Positions 6,496 through 16,426 of a stretch of DNA of 17,210 nt are shown piece after piece. The notes beneath the pieces are model-generated. The model did not search any database and was not told the origin of the DNA. It was given only the letters and a program-made list of their open reading frames with translations. This DNA is from an uncultured Nitrososphaerota archaeon (GTDB lineage: Archaea > Asgardarchaeota > Njordarchaeia > Njordarchaeales > Panguiarchaeaceae). Each line of letters begins with the position of its first letter. Position 1 is the first letter of the stretch. The stretch spans positions 1-17,210 of the forward strand of contig CAZWPQ010000041.1 in NCBI GenBank assembly GCA_964636085.1. Reading direction: 5' to 3'. A program made the position numbers and the translations under genes.

Positions 6496-8664
6496 ATGTC
6501 AGATATAAGGGTCAGCGAAGCATATCTTAGATGCTTATCTGATAGTGTTAATGAGGATCTGGGCATTGACTGGCTTCGTGTTAGGTTACCGTGTACTGTA
6601 CAGGCAGCACTATTAGAACATGGCCTTATTGAGGATCCATATACTGGGAAAAATTTTCTAAATATGAATTGGATCGCTGAGCATGGTTGGGTCTACAGAA
6701 TCCCCATTAACTCTAAGACAAATCTTGCCTATGTTGTCCTATACGGGGTTGACTATAGGTGCATAGTTAGGCATAGAGATAAAGTATTGGCCACCCATGA
6801 GGGAATGTTTTCGCCCATACTTATACGCTTAGAAAATTGCCAAGATAGTCCCGAGATTTTTGTCCATGTTTGGTCTAGCGGCAGACACGCAGAATATCCT
6901 TTTCCTCGATTGAAAAAGGATATGCATTTCTCCATGAGCTATGGTTGGGATTTTGCGCCTAGAATAATAACTGTGGGTGTTTGGGATGATGTAGAAATTT
7001 GGGAGTCTCGTGGCGTTTTTATAAGGGATTTCCACGTAAATGCGGATCTGGAGGGAAATATTTCTGTTGAAATTTCTCTAGATGGCGTAATGGATGAATT
7101 CGATGTACGTATATCTATAGAGGATGAAGAAGAAGGCGTGGTCTTGGAACATGTGGAACATGTAGCCAAGGGACAAAGAAAAGTCAGAATCACAAATCTA
7201 TGTGTAGAGAACCCAAAATTATGGTGGCCATGGGATATGGGTAACACGCATTCATATAGAATCTCTATAGACGTTATTCTCGATGGAGAGACTCTTGATC
7301 ACAGGTCAGGAAGCTTTGGTTTTAGGGAATCAGCTTGGAAGGATAATAGACTGCTAATAAATGGCAAGAAGGTATTTGTTAGAGGCGTAAATTGGGTCCC
7401 GATGGATTCGCTACTAAGATTTAGCACTGAAAAATATAAGCGATTACTCAGAGGTGTCCGTGACCTGAATGCAAATCTAATAAGAGTCTGGGGAGGTGGT
7501 ATACGAGAAAGAAGAGTTTTCTATGACTTAACTGACGCCATGGGTCTAATGGTCTGGCAGGAATTTCCTTTCGCATGCGAGAATGTTGTTATTGACGAAA
7601 GCATGGAGAGGGTTATTATCCAGGAAGTAAAGGGAATTGTTAATCTACTTAGAAACCATCCCTCGATAGTACTCTGGTGTGGTGGCAACGAGATGAACTT
7701 CCGCAGGTTTAAGCCAATATCGGCCTTGATGAAAAGAATCGTAAATGAGTGCTGCCCAGAAGTTGTTTTCCGCCCTGTCTCTCCGTTTGGTTGTGACTCC
7801 CATAGTTGGTATGTTTGGTATGATTTTGCATCAATATGGGCCTACATGCTGGAGAGTTCGGAATTTATTAGCGAATTTGGTATGCAATCTCTGCCCTGTA
7901 AAGAAACCTTAACTAGATTTATGGAGAGAAGTATTTGGCCCCCTAATTTTCTCTGGATCATACACAATGCACAGATTGGAAGAATCCTCTATTATACTCT
8001 TGCCAAAGGCCTCGACAAACTATTCTGTATGATCGAGGCATTACTCGAGGACACGTATCGTATGAGGACAAAATCAGTCTATATGCTACTCAATAAAGTA
8101 CTAAATCGTCTGAACAAACTTGTTGAGAACACGAACATAGACACACTTATCCGTAAAAGTCAAGTTATTCAGGCAATGGCACTAAAGCTAGCAATTGAAA
8201 ATTTCAGGCTTAGAAGAGAAAAATATGGCGGATGCATTCTCTGGCAGTACAATGATTCATGGCCATGCATAAGCTGGAGTATACTGGACTACTACGAAAA
8301 AAAGAAATATGCATATCATGTGGTAAAGATGATATATGAGCCCCTCCAGGCCTTCATAGCCGAGGAAAAATCTCGACTCCATGTATATATCCTAAACGAC
8401 TATAATGCCAAGAAAGACATCATCTTCAAGCTATATAGGAATAGTGAACTCCTCATCAACAAAAAAATAGTTATCGCCCCTCAATCAGCAATATGTATCG
8501 CAAGACTAAACCGCGACCCAGGGATATACAAAACCATAATACTTGATAGGGATAAACAAATAAGGAATTTCTACACCGTCTCAACCCCCCGGAAGCCTAG
8601 CCTAATTGATAGACTACTATACTGGATCCATAGGTTCTTCACAAAAAAGATGCTGTCGGTATAG
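6496..8664 (+). CDS. Glycoside hydrolase family 2, beta-mannosidase-like
   Basis: SYGWDF, RGVNWVP, NLIRVWGGG, FYDLTDAMGLMVWQEF, RNHPSIVLWCGGNE (acid/base), FISEFG (nucleophile), WQYNDSWP..SWS..DY. ATG 6496 has a GGGTG SD; ATG 6481 is the alternative. No signal peptide. Confidence 0.93.
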   Translation: MSDIRVSEAYLRCLSDSVNEDLGIDWLRVRLPCTVQAALLEHGLIEDPYTGKNFLNMNWIAEHGWVYRIPINSKTNLAYVVLYGVDYRCIVRHRDKVLATHEGMFSPILIRLENCQDSPEIFVHVWSSGRHAEYPFPRLKKDMHFSMSYGWDFAPRIITVGVWDDVEIWESRGVFIRDFHVNADLEGNISVEISLDGVMDEFDVRISIEDEEEGVVLEHVEHVAKGQRKVRITNLCVENPKLWWPWDMGNTHSYRISIDVILDGETLDHRSGSFGFRESAWKDNRLLINGKKVFVRGVNWVPMDSLLRFSTEKYKRLLRGVRDLNANLIRVWGGGIRERRVFYDLTDAMGLMVWQEFPFACENVVIDESMERVIIQEVKGIVNLLRNHPSIVLWCGGNEMNFRRFKPISALMKRIVNECCPEVVFRPVSPFGCDSHSWYVWYDFASIWAYMLESSEFISEFGMQSLPCKETLTRFMERSIWPPNFLWIIHNAQIGRILYYTLAKGLDKLFCMIEALLEDTYRMRTKSVYMLLNKVLNRLNKLVENTNIDTLIRKSQVIQAMALKLAIENFRLRREKYGGCILWQYNDSWPCISWSILDYYEKKKYAYHVVKMIYEPLQAFIAEEKSRLHVYILNDYNAKKDIIFKLYRNSELLINKKIVIAPQSAICIARLNRDPGIYKTIILDRDKQIRNFYTVSTPRKPSLIDRLLYWIHRFFTKKMLSV

Positions 8665-8850
8665 CATGACCAACTATTGAATGCTTGTAGGTATGGACAT
8701 CAAACATAAGAAATAGCAAAACAAAATTATTGTTTGCCCCTAATTTAGCATGAATTATTTTTTACTGTAATTATTATTGTATCATTAATGAATATTATAT
8801 ACCTATGCTCTCTGGTTGGATGTTGTAGCTTTTTTTGAGGCGTACTAGAT

Positions 8851-9444
8851 ATGAGAAAATATAGGTCACTTAGCAAGTTGCTTGCTCTGATTCTTCGGCA
8901 TGACCCACATAGATTCGGGGTAGAGATGAGGCCTGATGGATACGTTAATCTCGACAATCTCGTAGAGAAAATCAAAAAACTAGATAGGTTTTCTTGGGTT
9001 ACAAGGAATGACATAATTAGGGTAGTTAGGGATGATGAAAAGCAGAGGTTTGAACTGTCAAATTTTGATAATGCTACATGGATTAGGGCCCGTTATGGGC
9101 ATAATAAGAACCTAGGTGTACTAATAGAATATCCAGTCGTATCCCCCCAAGAGATAAGCTTACTGTACCATGGAACGATAGAGGCCAAAGTAGTGGCCAT
9201 AGAAAAAGAGGGATTAAAGCCTATGGATAGGGTATATGTACATTTATCATCAAACCTTAAGGATGCCATAGAAGTTGCAAAAAGAAGGATTGGGAGGCCA
9301 GTAGTGATTGTTATTGATGCCAGAAAAATGATTATTGATGGATACAGAATCTTTAAGGCCACAAACAGGATATACCTCACGAGATATGTACCACCAAAAT
9401 ACATAATTAAGGTACTAAAAAACATAGAAACCCATATTTTTTAG
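8851..9444 (+). CDS. kptA: RNA 2'-phosphotransferase (Tpt1/KptA family)
   Basis: LSK..LRH, KQRF, IRARYGH, LYHGT, GLKPM.R.YVHLS, VPPKYI motifs. Confidence 0.95.
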   Translation: MRKYRSLSKLLALILRHDPHRFGVEMRPDGYVNLDNLVEKIKKLDRFSWVTRNDIIRVVRDDEKQRFELSNFDNATWIRARYGHNKNLGVLIEYPVVSPQEISLLYHGTIEAKVVAIEKEGLKPMDRVYVHLSSNLKDAIEVAKRRIGRPVVIVIDARKMIIDGYRIFKATNRIYLTRYVPPKYIIKVLKNIETHIF

Positions 9445-9493
9445 TCATCAATACTAAGAAAACTCAAACTATTGAACATGACGGGTACTGAAC

Positions 9494-9514
9494 AAATTTC
9501 TACTATAGAAATTT
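9494..9514. promoter_or_regulatory. Perfect inverted repeat between kptA and the large surface-protein gene
   Basis: AAATTTCTA-cta-TAGAAATTT. Confidence 0.4.
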
Positions 9515-9592
9515 TTGATGTTCCTTTAAAAAGATTTTTAAATTAAATTTTCGTTTTACTCCCATCGTTTAATAAAATTTGGTGGGACTTAA

Positions 9593-12500
9593 ATGGAGAA
9601 TAAATGTCCCTCCAGAATTGGTGGATTTCTGCTCGTTGCCCTACTCCTTTTTTCTATGATGAGCATTCTAGTACCTCAGAGATCCATCGCTATGAACAAA
9701 CCTAGTGGAAGAACTCATAAAACTGTCCAAAGATCTCCAGACAATTCGCTGATATACAAATCGGACGATGGATCATACTATAATGCTGAAATAAAGAACT
9801 CTGAGATAATGAGCACTATGCATTTTTCCAATTATTCTAAGATCCTCATGGATAATGTAACTATCTACAGCTCTGGGGCACCAATAAAACTCTTCGAACA
9901 TGCAAAATTGATCATCAATAATGCTGTTTTTAAATTCTACTCCACCACAAAAATCACTATCTATCTCTACGACGAATCAGAAGTCGTGATATCAAACTCC
10001 ACAGCTGACACATCAGTCAGAATATATCTATATGCATGGGATCAATCAAAAATAACCCTCAGAAATACCGATATGTATACCTATGTTTACTGTCATGACT
10101 ATAGTAGCATTGAGATACACGATACATGCAACCGCATTACCCTATATCTCTATGATGATTCCACAGGCACATTAAACTCCTCATACATATCTTTTACCCC
10201 AAACATATACTGCTATGGAAGTTCCCAGCTAAGCATCTACTATTCCAACTATACCAACATCATCCATTGCCACGATTATTCATACCTATATGTTGGTTAT
10301 TCATACGTCTATAGTATCGAGCAATATGAGAACTCCACCGCCTACTTAGAGTATACAAATTGCTCATCAATCGAGGCACGGGGGGATAGTTTCCTAAATA
10401 TTTACCAATGCAACATATCTGGCACCCTGAAAATGATGTGGACAAACGACATAATCGCCATGAGTGGTCCTGGTGCATGTGGACTAATATATTATTCATA
10501 CATTAACAAGCTCTATCTATACTCGGGTAGGGTTACTAGGATCATTAGCTCCTACGTTAATTACCTAATGTATTTCCCCATTTATAATGGCACGGTTGAG
10601 ATAAATGCATCAGGAATACATGCTGATAGTTCCTATCCAAATTATGAGAATATCGGCAGCACTATAGTTTCAGAGGGCAGTAGTACATATTATCTATTTG
10701 CCGTAGGAGCGACAGAGGTTAAAGTAGTGGGCACCACATATCCAGCATATTATTATCTATATGATGTCGATAATGTCCTAATAGAGAATCTCAAAAGTGG
10801 TGTTTTCCAATCATATGCTTGGTATTCCAACCTTAATGTGTCTAATAGTAATATTAGTTGGAGTAGCAATTACTACTATGGTAGCTCCATAACATATATG
10901 AATTTTTCTACATATAGTTATCTTCACGTAAGTACAGAATTTGCATCCGTCATGTTCCAAAACTTGACTGCCGCTATAACGTACGGATCCCTTTATTTTG
11001 GAGACTCTCACGTTAATTTTAGCAATGTCTATCTAACAAACTTCGCATTAACAATTAGTAGAAGCGTATTTGTTTTTGATAGATTCGAGGCATATACCAG
11101 TGGAACCTGCAAGTTTAATGCTGGTTTCTCAAGCATAAATGGGACAAATTCTATAATCCAGCAAGAATTTGAGGCCTATAGCTCCACGATATATCTCTAT
11201 AATGTAACTGTCGACATAATGGATATACAGGAATTCGAATTAAGAGATGGTTACTTCGAAATGGGAAATGGTATGATTGTGTCCGGGAATGGTACGTTGG
11301 TATATGGAGTGGTGAATTTGGGGCTATCCACCATAAATATGTATATTTTTGATTACATATATTTGTATAATGCATCGCTTAATGTATCGGGTATAATAAC
11401 ATATTCCGATATCTATGACCACACGCTTCGCTTGGAATTATATGATAACTCCGTGGCATACCTATATAGGATTAATGCTTCAGACACAAATTTTTACCTA
11501 TACATAACAGATTCTAACGCGTATGTATATGGGGGTGAAATCTATCAAATCCATCTAACCCATGGAAATGCAACCCTTAAAAGTGCATGTGTCACAAGCA
11601 GCATCACTATCAGTGGCACGTCACTCGATATTTGGAATTGTAGCATCGATGATATAATCATAAACGACGATTCTTACATATACCTAGAACTGACCGATGC
11701 CTATGGAGTCTATAATAGCTTACCAATTGGAGAAGAAGAAACATTAGGCGAAATAGACCTGCCCAGTATCTATTTGGGATGCAACCAGTCAACTATTTCA
11801 GTAATAAACCTAATATCGTATGGAATCATAGATATCCTTGACTCGACAATCGGAGACTTCGTCTATGCGTTCCAGTGGGTAGTTCTGGATTACTCAACTG
11901 TCACGGGTATCTGTTTCAATACAACGGTATTCACCGAGGGAAATGTAGAAGTAGTAAACAACAGAATCATTACTGGGTACTATGAGAATCGTTTCACTGG
12001 TTATGGATCAACCGTATCAAATCCTGTAGATGTCCTTGTCGTATCCGACGTACCGCATGAGGATAGGATATCTCTGCATGTGGAAAATTCCAGTTATTAT
12101 GGCATAATTAGTATGGGTGGACATGTAGAAATAGAGAATACAAACCTAAGCATCATACTGCTCTACGAGTCGGGGTATATCGATATATCATCCACTACAA
12201 TAAATACTAGCATTCTACTTGCGAATGTGATATATGGCGATTACCTATACATTAGTGATACGAAGCTATTCCATGTGCCAACCTATATATCTGGTATGTA
12301 TAGTCTCCTAATAGATAACTTACTACTCGATACTCCTTCCCTTTACCTGGTGGATACAGATGGATCCATATCTCAACTCAGGGAGACTTACTCCTTAGCA
12401 ACCGTACATATCTACAACTCAGATATAGATTTTGAGGATTCCCATCTCGGTGTCGTCCAGGTATTTTCGTCGATGGTGAATGTAACCAGAACAAACATCA

Positions 12501-13591
12501 GTGATCTGACCCTTGAAGATAGTGATGTTGTTGTCTCAGAATCGGGCATAGTGATAGGACATGTTTGGTTGTATAACAACTCTGACTTGGAGATCACCAA
12601 TGCTACTATCGACAATATAAATGTTGTGACGAATGACGCTGGATATTATTACAAGAGCATAACTGCAACCATAGCCAACTCATCAATATCCACATCCTAT
12701 CTTAGATACTACTATGTGACAAATCATTTGGGCGCATCATTTTGTAATGAATCTATCTTGGGAGAATATGGCGAAAAATTATCCTATGTAAATACTAATC
12801 TTTCTTCAGCAACCCATAGAGTGATTTTTGAGATAGACAAATATGGTAGAGCCACCATTGAGAACTACACTGGTCCATACAAAATACACGCGCTATATAT
12901 TAACTCGATGCTCGATACAAAGCCCCCAACAATATTGCCGATTAATGGAACCAACATCGAATATGAACTGGGTCTGGAGACCAATGTCTGTGTCAAGCTA
13001 TTCGATGCAACGCCCACAGAGTATTATGTGTATTTGGATGGAGATCCGATAGATAATAGAGATTACTATAACAACATGACACTATCCATAACATTGTCAA
13101 CATACATAAACACCGAGGGTACCCACTTACTGGAGATATATGCATACGACATTATGGACAACGAGGCTCACATAACAATAGAGATAATAACATATCCGCA
13201 ACAACCACCAGTCTTCATATCTACCCCAGATAGCGAGTATGATATCTCGGAGGGCGAGAGTATATATCTGAGCTGGATAGCCGAGGATTTATCCCCCGAT
13301 ACATACATGGTAACGGTAAACGATAGAACCGTAAAACAGGGCGTTTGGCAAAGCGGGATGGAAATAACATATAGATTCACGGGCAATGAGACTGGCGAGT
13401 ACAACATAGTCATAACTGTAAGGGATAAACTGGGTCTCGAAACATCTAATACTGTTGTGATTAATGTGTCAAGTAAAGCGTCAGGAAAAGTTACCGGTCA
13501 AATATCCAACTATATGCCCCTCATAATAATCCCTCTTGTACTGATTGCGGTGATAATCGCCATTAAATCGAGGAAGAAAAAGAAACAATGA
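9593..13591 (+). CDS. Large membrane-anchored surface glycoprotein: beta-solenoid repeats, two Ig-like domains, C-terminal TM helix
   Basis: N-terminal signal peptide; recurring (I/L/V)xx(Y/H/W)(D/E)xSx(L/I)x(I/L)xx(S/T) units; DTKPP- and QQPP-initiated Ig-like modules; LIIIPLVLIAVIIAI followed by KSRKKKKQ; many N-x-S/T sequons; SD GGTGGGA. Confidence 0.9.
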   Translation: MENKCPSRIGGFLLVALLLFSMMSILVPQRSIAMNKPSGRTHKTVQRSPDNSLIYKSDDGSYYNAEIKNSEIMSTMHFSNYSKILMDNVTIYSSGAPIKLFEHAKLIINNAVFKFYSTTKITIYLYDESEVVISNSTADTSVRIYLYAWDQSKITLRNTDMYTYVYCHDYSSIEIHDTCNRITLYLYDDSTGTLNSSYISFTPNIYCYGSSQLSIYYSNYTNIIHCHDYSYLYVGYSYVYSIEQYENSTAYLEYTNCSSIEARGDSFLNIYQCNISGTLKMMWTNDIIAMSGPGACGLIYYSYINKLYLYSGRVTRIISSYVNYLMYFPIYNGTVEINASGIHADSSYPNYENIGSTIVSEGSSTYYLFAVGATEVKVVGTTYPAYYYLYDVDNVLIENLKSGVFQSYAWYSNLNVSNSNISWSSNYYYGSSITYMNFSTYSYLHVSTEFASVMFQNLTAAITYGSLYFGDSHVNFSNVYLTNFALTISRSVFVFDRFEAYTSGTCKFNAGFSSINGTNSIIQQEFEAYSSTIYLYNVTVDIMDIQEFELRDGYFEMGNGMIVSGNGTLVYGVVNLGLSTINMYIFDYIYLYNASLNVSGIITYSDIYDHTLRLELYDNSVAYLYRINASDTNFYLYITDSNAYVYGGEIYQIHLTHGNATLKSACVTSSITISGTSLDIWNCSIDDIIINDDSYIYLELTDAYGVYNSLPIGEEETLGEIDLPSIYLGCNQSTISVINLISYGIIDILDSTIGDFVYAFQWVVLDYSTVTGICFNTTVFTEGNVEVVNNRIITGYYENRFTGYGSTVSNPVDVLVVSDVPHEDRISLHVENSSYYGIISMGGHVEIENTNLSIILLYESGYIDISSTTINTSILLANVIYGDYLYISDTKLFHVPTYISGMYSLLIDNLLLDTPSLYLVDTDGSISQLRETYSLATVHIYNSDIDFEDSHLGVVQVFSSMVNVTRTNISDLTLEDSDVVVSESGIVIGHVWLYNNSDLEITNATIDNINVVTNDAGYYYKSITATIANSSISTSYLRYYYVTNHLGASFCNESILGEYGEKLSYVNTNLSSATHRVIFEIDKYGRATIENYTGPYKIHALYINSMLDTKPPTILPINGTNIEYELGLETNVCVKLFDATPTEYYVYLDGDPIDNRDYYNNMTLSITLSTYINTEGTHLLEIYAYDIMDNEAHITIEIITYPQQPPVFISTPDSEYDISEGESIYLSWIAEDLSPDTYMVTVNDRTVKQGVWQSGMEITYRFTGNETGEYNIVITVRDKLGLETSNTVVINVSSKASGKVTGQISNYMPLIIIPLVLIAVIIAIKSRKKKKQ

Positions 13592-13596
13592 TTCAA

Positions 13597-13611
13597 TTTT
13601 CTCCTTTTTTT
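13597..13611 (+). terminator. Oligo-T putative terminator
   Basis: attttctccttttttt tract just after the 13591 stop, in a convergent gap. Confidence 0.4.
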
Positions 13612-13643
13612 GTAAATTTCCAGTAACCTAAAAATTCATTATA

Positions 13644-14096
13644 TCATGTAAACGTGAAGTCTTTTTCCTCGCTGATCTCTATCTCTGGGAGTCTAAGGCC
13701 TCCCTGCATGATTATAACCCTTACTAGTAGTCGTCTCAGCATGGGCTCCACAGTCTTTATTTTCTTGAGTATTTCCTCAAAATATTCCTTCTTTGCTTCA
13801 TGGCTAAGGTCTTTCAGCATTTTATACAAGGATATCAGCATCTCGCGGAGTATTATGCATCTCGAGCACTTATCATATTTGTCTATATGATCTCTACACA
13901 ATAGCGACATCCTATATATGTAGTCTAGGAGATTTATCCTATCATTCTCGATTACCCTCTTAAGGGCGTAGCAATCTCTGCACAGACCAAAAGACGCCAT
14001 GCATTCATCACAAACAAGTCGCCTACATCTAAGACATATAGATACAGCAGGGTTCCTCCCGCATACCTCACATCTATGTGTCTTTTCCTTCGGCAT
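13644..14096 (-). CDS. Zinc-finger protein (8-Cys, B-box/treble-clef-like) with helical C-terminal domain
   Basis: CEVC-x8-CLRC-x4-CDEC-x6-CRDC followed by a helical region. Start 14096 chosen; 14108 and 14153 are alternatives. Confidence 0.8.
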   Translation of the reverse strand: MPKEKTHRCEVCGRNPAVSICLRCRRLVCDECMASFGLCRDCYALKRVIENDRINLLDYIYRMSLLCRDHIDKYDKCSRCIILREMLISLYKMLKDLSHEAKKEYFEEILKKIKTVEPMLRRLLVRVIIMQGGLRLPEIEISEEKDFTFT

Positions 14097-14253
14097 AATT
14101 GTCGCCATGAATGTTTCTATTTTTGAATATAGTTTTTTAACGGAATATAACATGCTATAATAATTGTAGAGGAAAATATTTTATGTCCATTACAGAAGAT
14201 CGCTATATTGGATCTATGGTATCTATATAGATGTGTTTTATATGGTGGCGAGA

Positions 14254-14847
14254 ATGTCCTGGGTAATATTCGAGGAAAATGCGGAAGAATATGACAAATG
14301 GTATGATAGACACAGGGACATCTTCTTAAGGGAGGTAGAGTGTCTCAAGAGGATAGTAGATGCGGAAAAACCTTGGCTCGAGGTGGGTGTTGGGACTGGA
14401 AGATTCGCAGAAATGCTAGGAATAGAGTATGGGGTTGATCCATCACCAAAAATGATTGAATACGCCAAGAGAAGGGGGATAGAGGCATATGTCGCGTATG
14501 GAGAAAAACTACCATTCGAAGAAAACACATTCGGCGCGGTCTTCCTAATAGTAACTATCTGCTTCCTAGATCGACCTAGGGATGTACTGATGGAGATAAG
14601 AAGGGTACTTAAACTAAACGGAAAACTATATGTCTGCTATATTCCCAAGGATAGTCCCCTAGGAGAACTATATACCAAAAAAGCGGAGAAGGGACACAGG
14701 TTCTACTCTAGAGCAAAGTTCTACACAAGTAAAGAATTAGAAAAATTATTAAACACATGTGGATTCGAAATAACAAAAGTAGAAAAGGCAGGTCTCGAGC
14801 CACCCGACTTCTTCTGCATTGAAGCGATAAAGATCGATAAAAAGTAG
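14254..14847 (+). CDS. Class I SAM-dependent methyltransferase
   Basis: EYDKWY, LEVGVGTGRF, GVDPS, GEKLPF, EIRRVLK motifs; GGTGG SD before ATG 14254 (14233 and 14242 are alternatives). Confidence 0.93.
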   Translation: MSWVIFEENAEEYDKWYDRHRDIFLREVECLKRIVDAEKPWLEVGVGTGRFAEMLGIEYGVDPSPKMIEYAKRRGIEAYVAYGEKLPFEENTFGAVFLIVTICFLDRPRDVLMEIRRVLKLNGKLYVCYIPKDSPLGELYTKKAEKGHRFYSRAKFYTSKELEKLLNTCGFEITKVEKAGLEPPDFFCIEAIKIDKK

Positions 14848-14857
14848 GTAATAGAAA

Positions 14858-15184
14858 TTAAGTTATGCTTGGTCTAGATAGAAAAATACGAGACCATAGC
14901 AACCCAATAGAGACTCCATCATACCTGTGCCCCCTAAAGATAATAAATAGAGCTAATATTAGCGAAATTATAGCAATAGCTAGAATTGACAATAATAAAT
15001 ATCTTAGCAAAAATTTTCTATTCTTTAGTATTGTTGTTTATGTTCTTTTTGTACTCTTGATTGAATAGTCTTTATGCTCCTCGTTGAACCACTTTAGCCA
15101 TTAAAGCCTATAAAAATAACATACAAATCTAACGTTGTGACTAGAAGACCTATGAGCTTATGTGTGCTATTCCTTCGTTATCAT
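14858..15184 (-). pseudogene. Possible degraded membrane-protein gene or small membrane protein
   Basis: Fragments MIRRNSTHKLIGLLVTTLDLYVIFIGF / WLKWFNEEHKDYSIKSTKRT* / TTILKNRKFLLRYLLLSILAIAIISLILALFIIFRG...; intact 50-aa TTG ORF at 15010-14858. Confidence 0.35.
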
Positions 15185-15190
15185 AAAATA

Positions 15191-15214
15191 GAGTCATCAT
15201 GATCATGGCGACTC
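15191..15214 (-). terminator. Hairpin just after the MFS stop codon
   Basis: GAGTCGCCATGATCATGATGACTC imperfect stem followed by TATTTT. Confidence 0.35.
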
Positions 15215-15217
15215 GAA

Positions 15218-16426
15218 TTATATTGTATTGCTACCTATTTTTCGTCTAAGCAAATATGATGGGATTAGGGCCATGAAATAGAATATGCATCCCACTAATA
15301 ATATGATATCAATAGCCATTATATTGTTTCTTAGATCTATTATTCTAGCTATGAATCCACTAACAACTCCTCCTATTGTCGATGATACTCCACATACTAT
15401 ACCCCTTAGGCTCTGTATTTCTGACTCATGTCCCCTATCACTATATTCCGTGGTTAGTGATACCATTGGTATATTTATAAATACCCACATGGGTGTTACC
15501 ATGAATATTATTGTTGCTATCCTGTCCCATGTGACTGCAAGGTAGAGCATGAAAAAATCTCTAAATGTTAGTCCTATTAGCATCATTTTCTCTTTAGATA
15601 CTCTATCACTATACTTGCCTGCCATATATGGAGCTATCATGTTTGAAATACCGCAGAAACCACCTATAATTCCATAGGCCGTTTTTGAGCCAAAAATAAG
15701 ATACATCTTTATTGAGAAAGCGAGGTTGTATATTGAGCCTCCAAAATTGAATAGTGCCATTGTTAGGAATAACAATAATAGCCTCTTAGAGTCCCCATGA
15801 ATTCTCAGGCTCCATGTTTCTGCAAATAGTTTACGGATGCTATATTTCTTGGCAATATATTTTTCGCTGTATCCAACCACAAGAACAATCTCGGCGACAA
15901 GAATTAGAACTAAGGACACAATAAGTATAGTAGTAATACCGAATCTATCTGCTATAAATCCAGATAGAAAACTTCCAAGTGTCCATCCAATGGCGCTGAA
16001 ACTAAGGAAAGTTCCAGTAGCTTCACCAGTCCTTTGTTTTGTTAGTGCAGTAGTTACGGCAGCTATTAGTGCTCCACCGCCAACAGCACCAGCAAATCCT
16101 AGCAAGGTATAGAAGCACAAAAATATGGTAAAATTAATATATTGATAGGAAATTGCGAGATAAAAACCAAGAAAAGCAATTTTGTTCAGGAATAGTTGGG
16201 AGAGGATAAAGGGTTTTTTGCCAATGTTGTCGGACAACTTACCAAAGAATCTAGATAAACTCAAAGAAACCAATGTTGCGGTCGCGTTAAATAAGGAAAT
16301 CTGGAGTAGATCAAATCCAACATCCCAGAGGTATAGAATAAATATGGTCCAAAATAGAGAGGATGCCACCCCGTTGATGGATGAAGCCAATGATAATGCT
16401 TTTAGATTCCTATTCACGCATAACAA
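15218..16426 (-). CDS. MFS transporter
   Basis: About 12 TM segments; motif A GKLSDNIGKK and its repeat GKYSDRVSKE; GFIADRFG. GTG 16417 is an alternative start. Confidence 0.93.
   Translation of the reverse strand: MLCVNRNLKALSLASSINGVASSLFWTIFILYLWDVGFDLLQISLFNATATLVSLSLSRFFGKLSDNIGKKPFILSQLFLNKIAFLGFYLAISYQYINFTIFLCFYTLLGFAGAVGGGALIAAVTTALTKQRTGEATGTFLSFSAIGWTLGSFLSGFIADRFGITTILIVSLVLILVAEIVLVVGYSEKYIAKKYSIRKLFAETWSLRIHGDSKRLLLLFLTMALFNFGGSIYNLAFSIKMYLIFGSKTAYGIIGGFCGISNMIAPYMAGKYSDRVSKEKMMLIGLTFRDFFMLYLAVTWDRIATIIFMVTPMWVFINIPMVSLTTEYSDRGHESEIQSLRGIVCGVSSTIGGVVSGFIARIIDLRNNIMAIDIILLVGCIFYFMALIPSYLLRRKIGSNTI

Noticed and set aside
8672-9476. AACTATTGAA direct repeat flanking kptA (8672-8681 and 9467-9476)
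   Set aside because: A 10-bp AT-rich match without any mobility gene or terminal repeats; compatible with chance.
14221-14232. ATCTATATAGAT palindrome
   Set aside because: Short, AT-rich and coincident with a TATA-like sequence.
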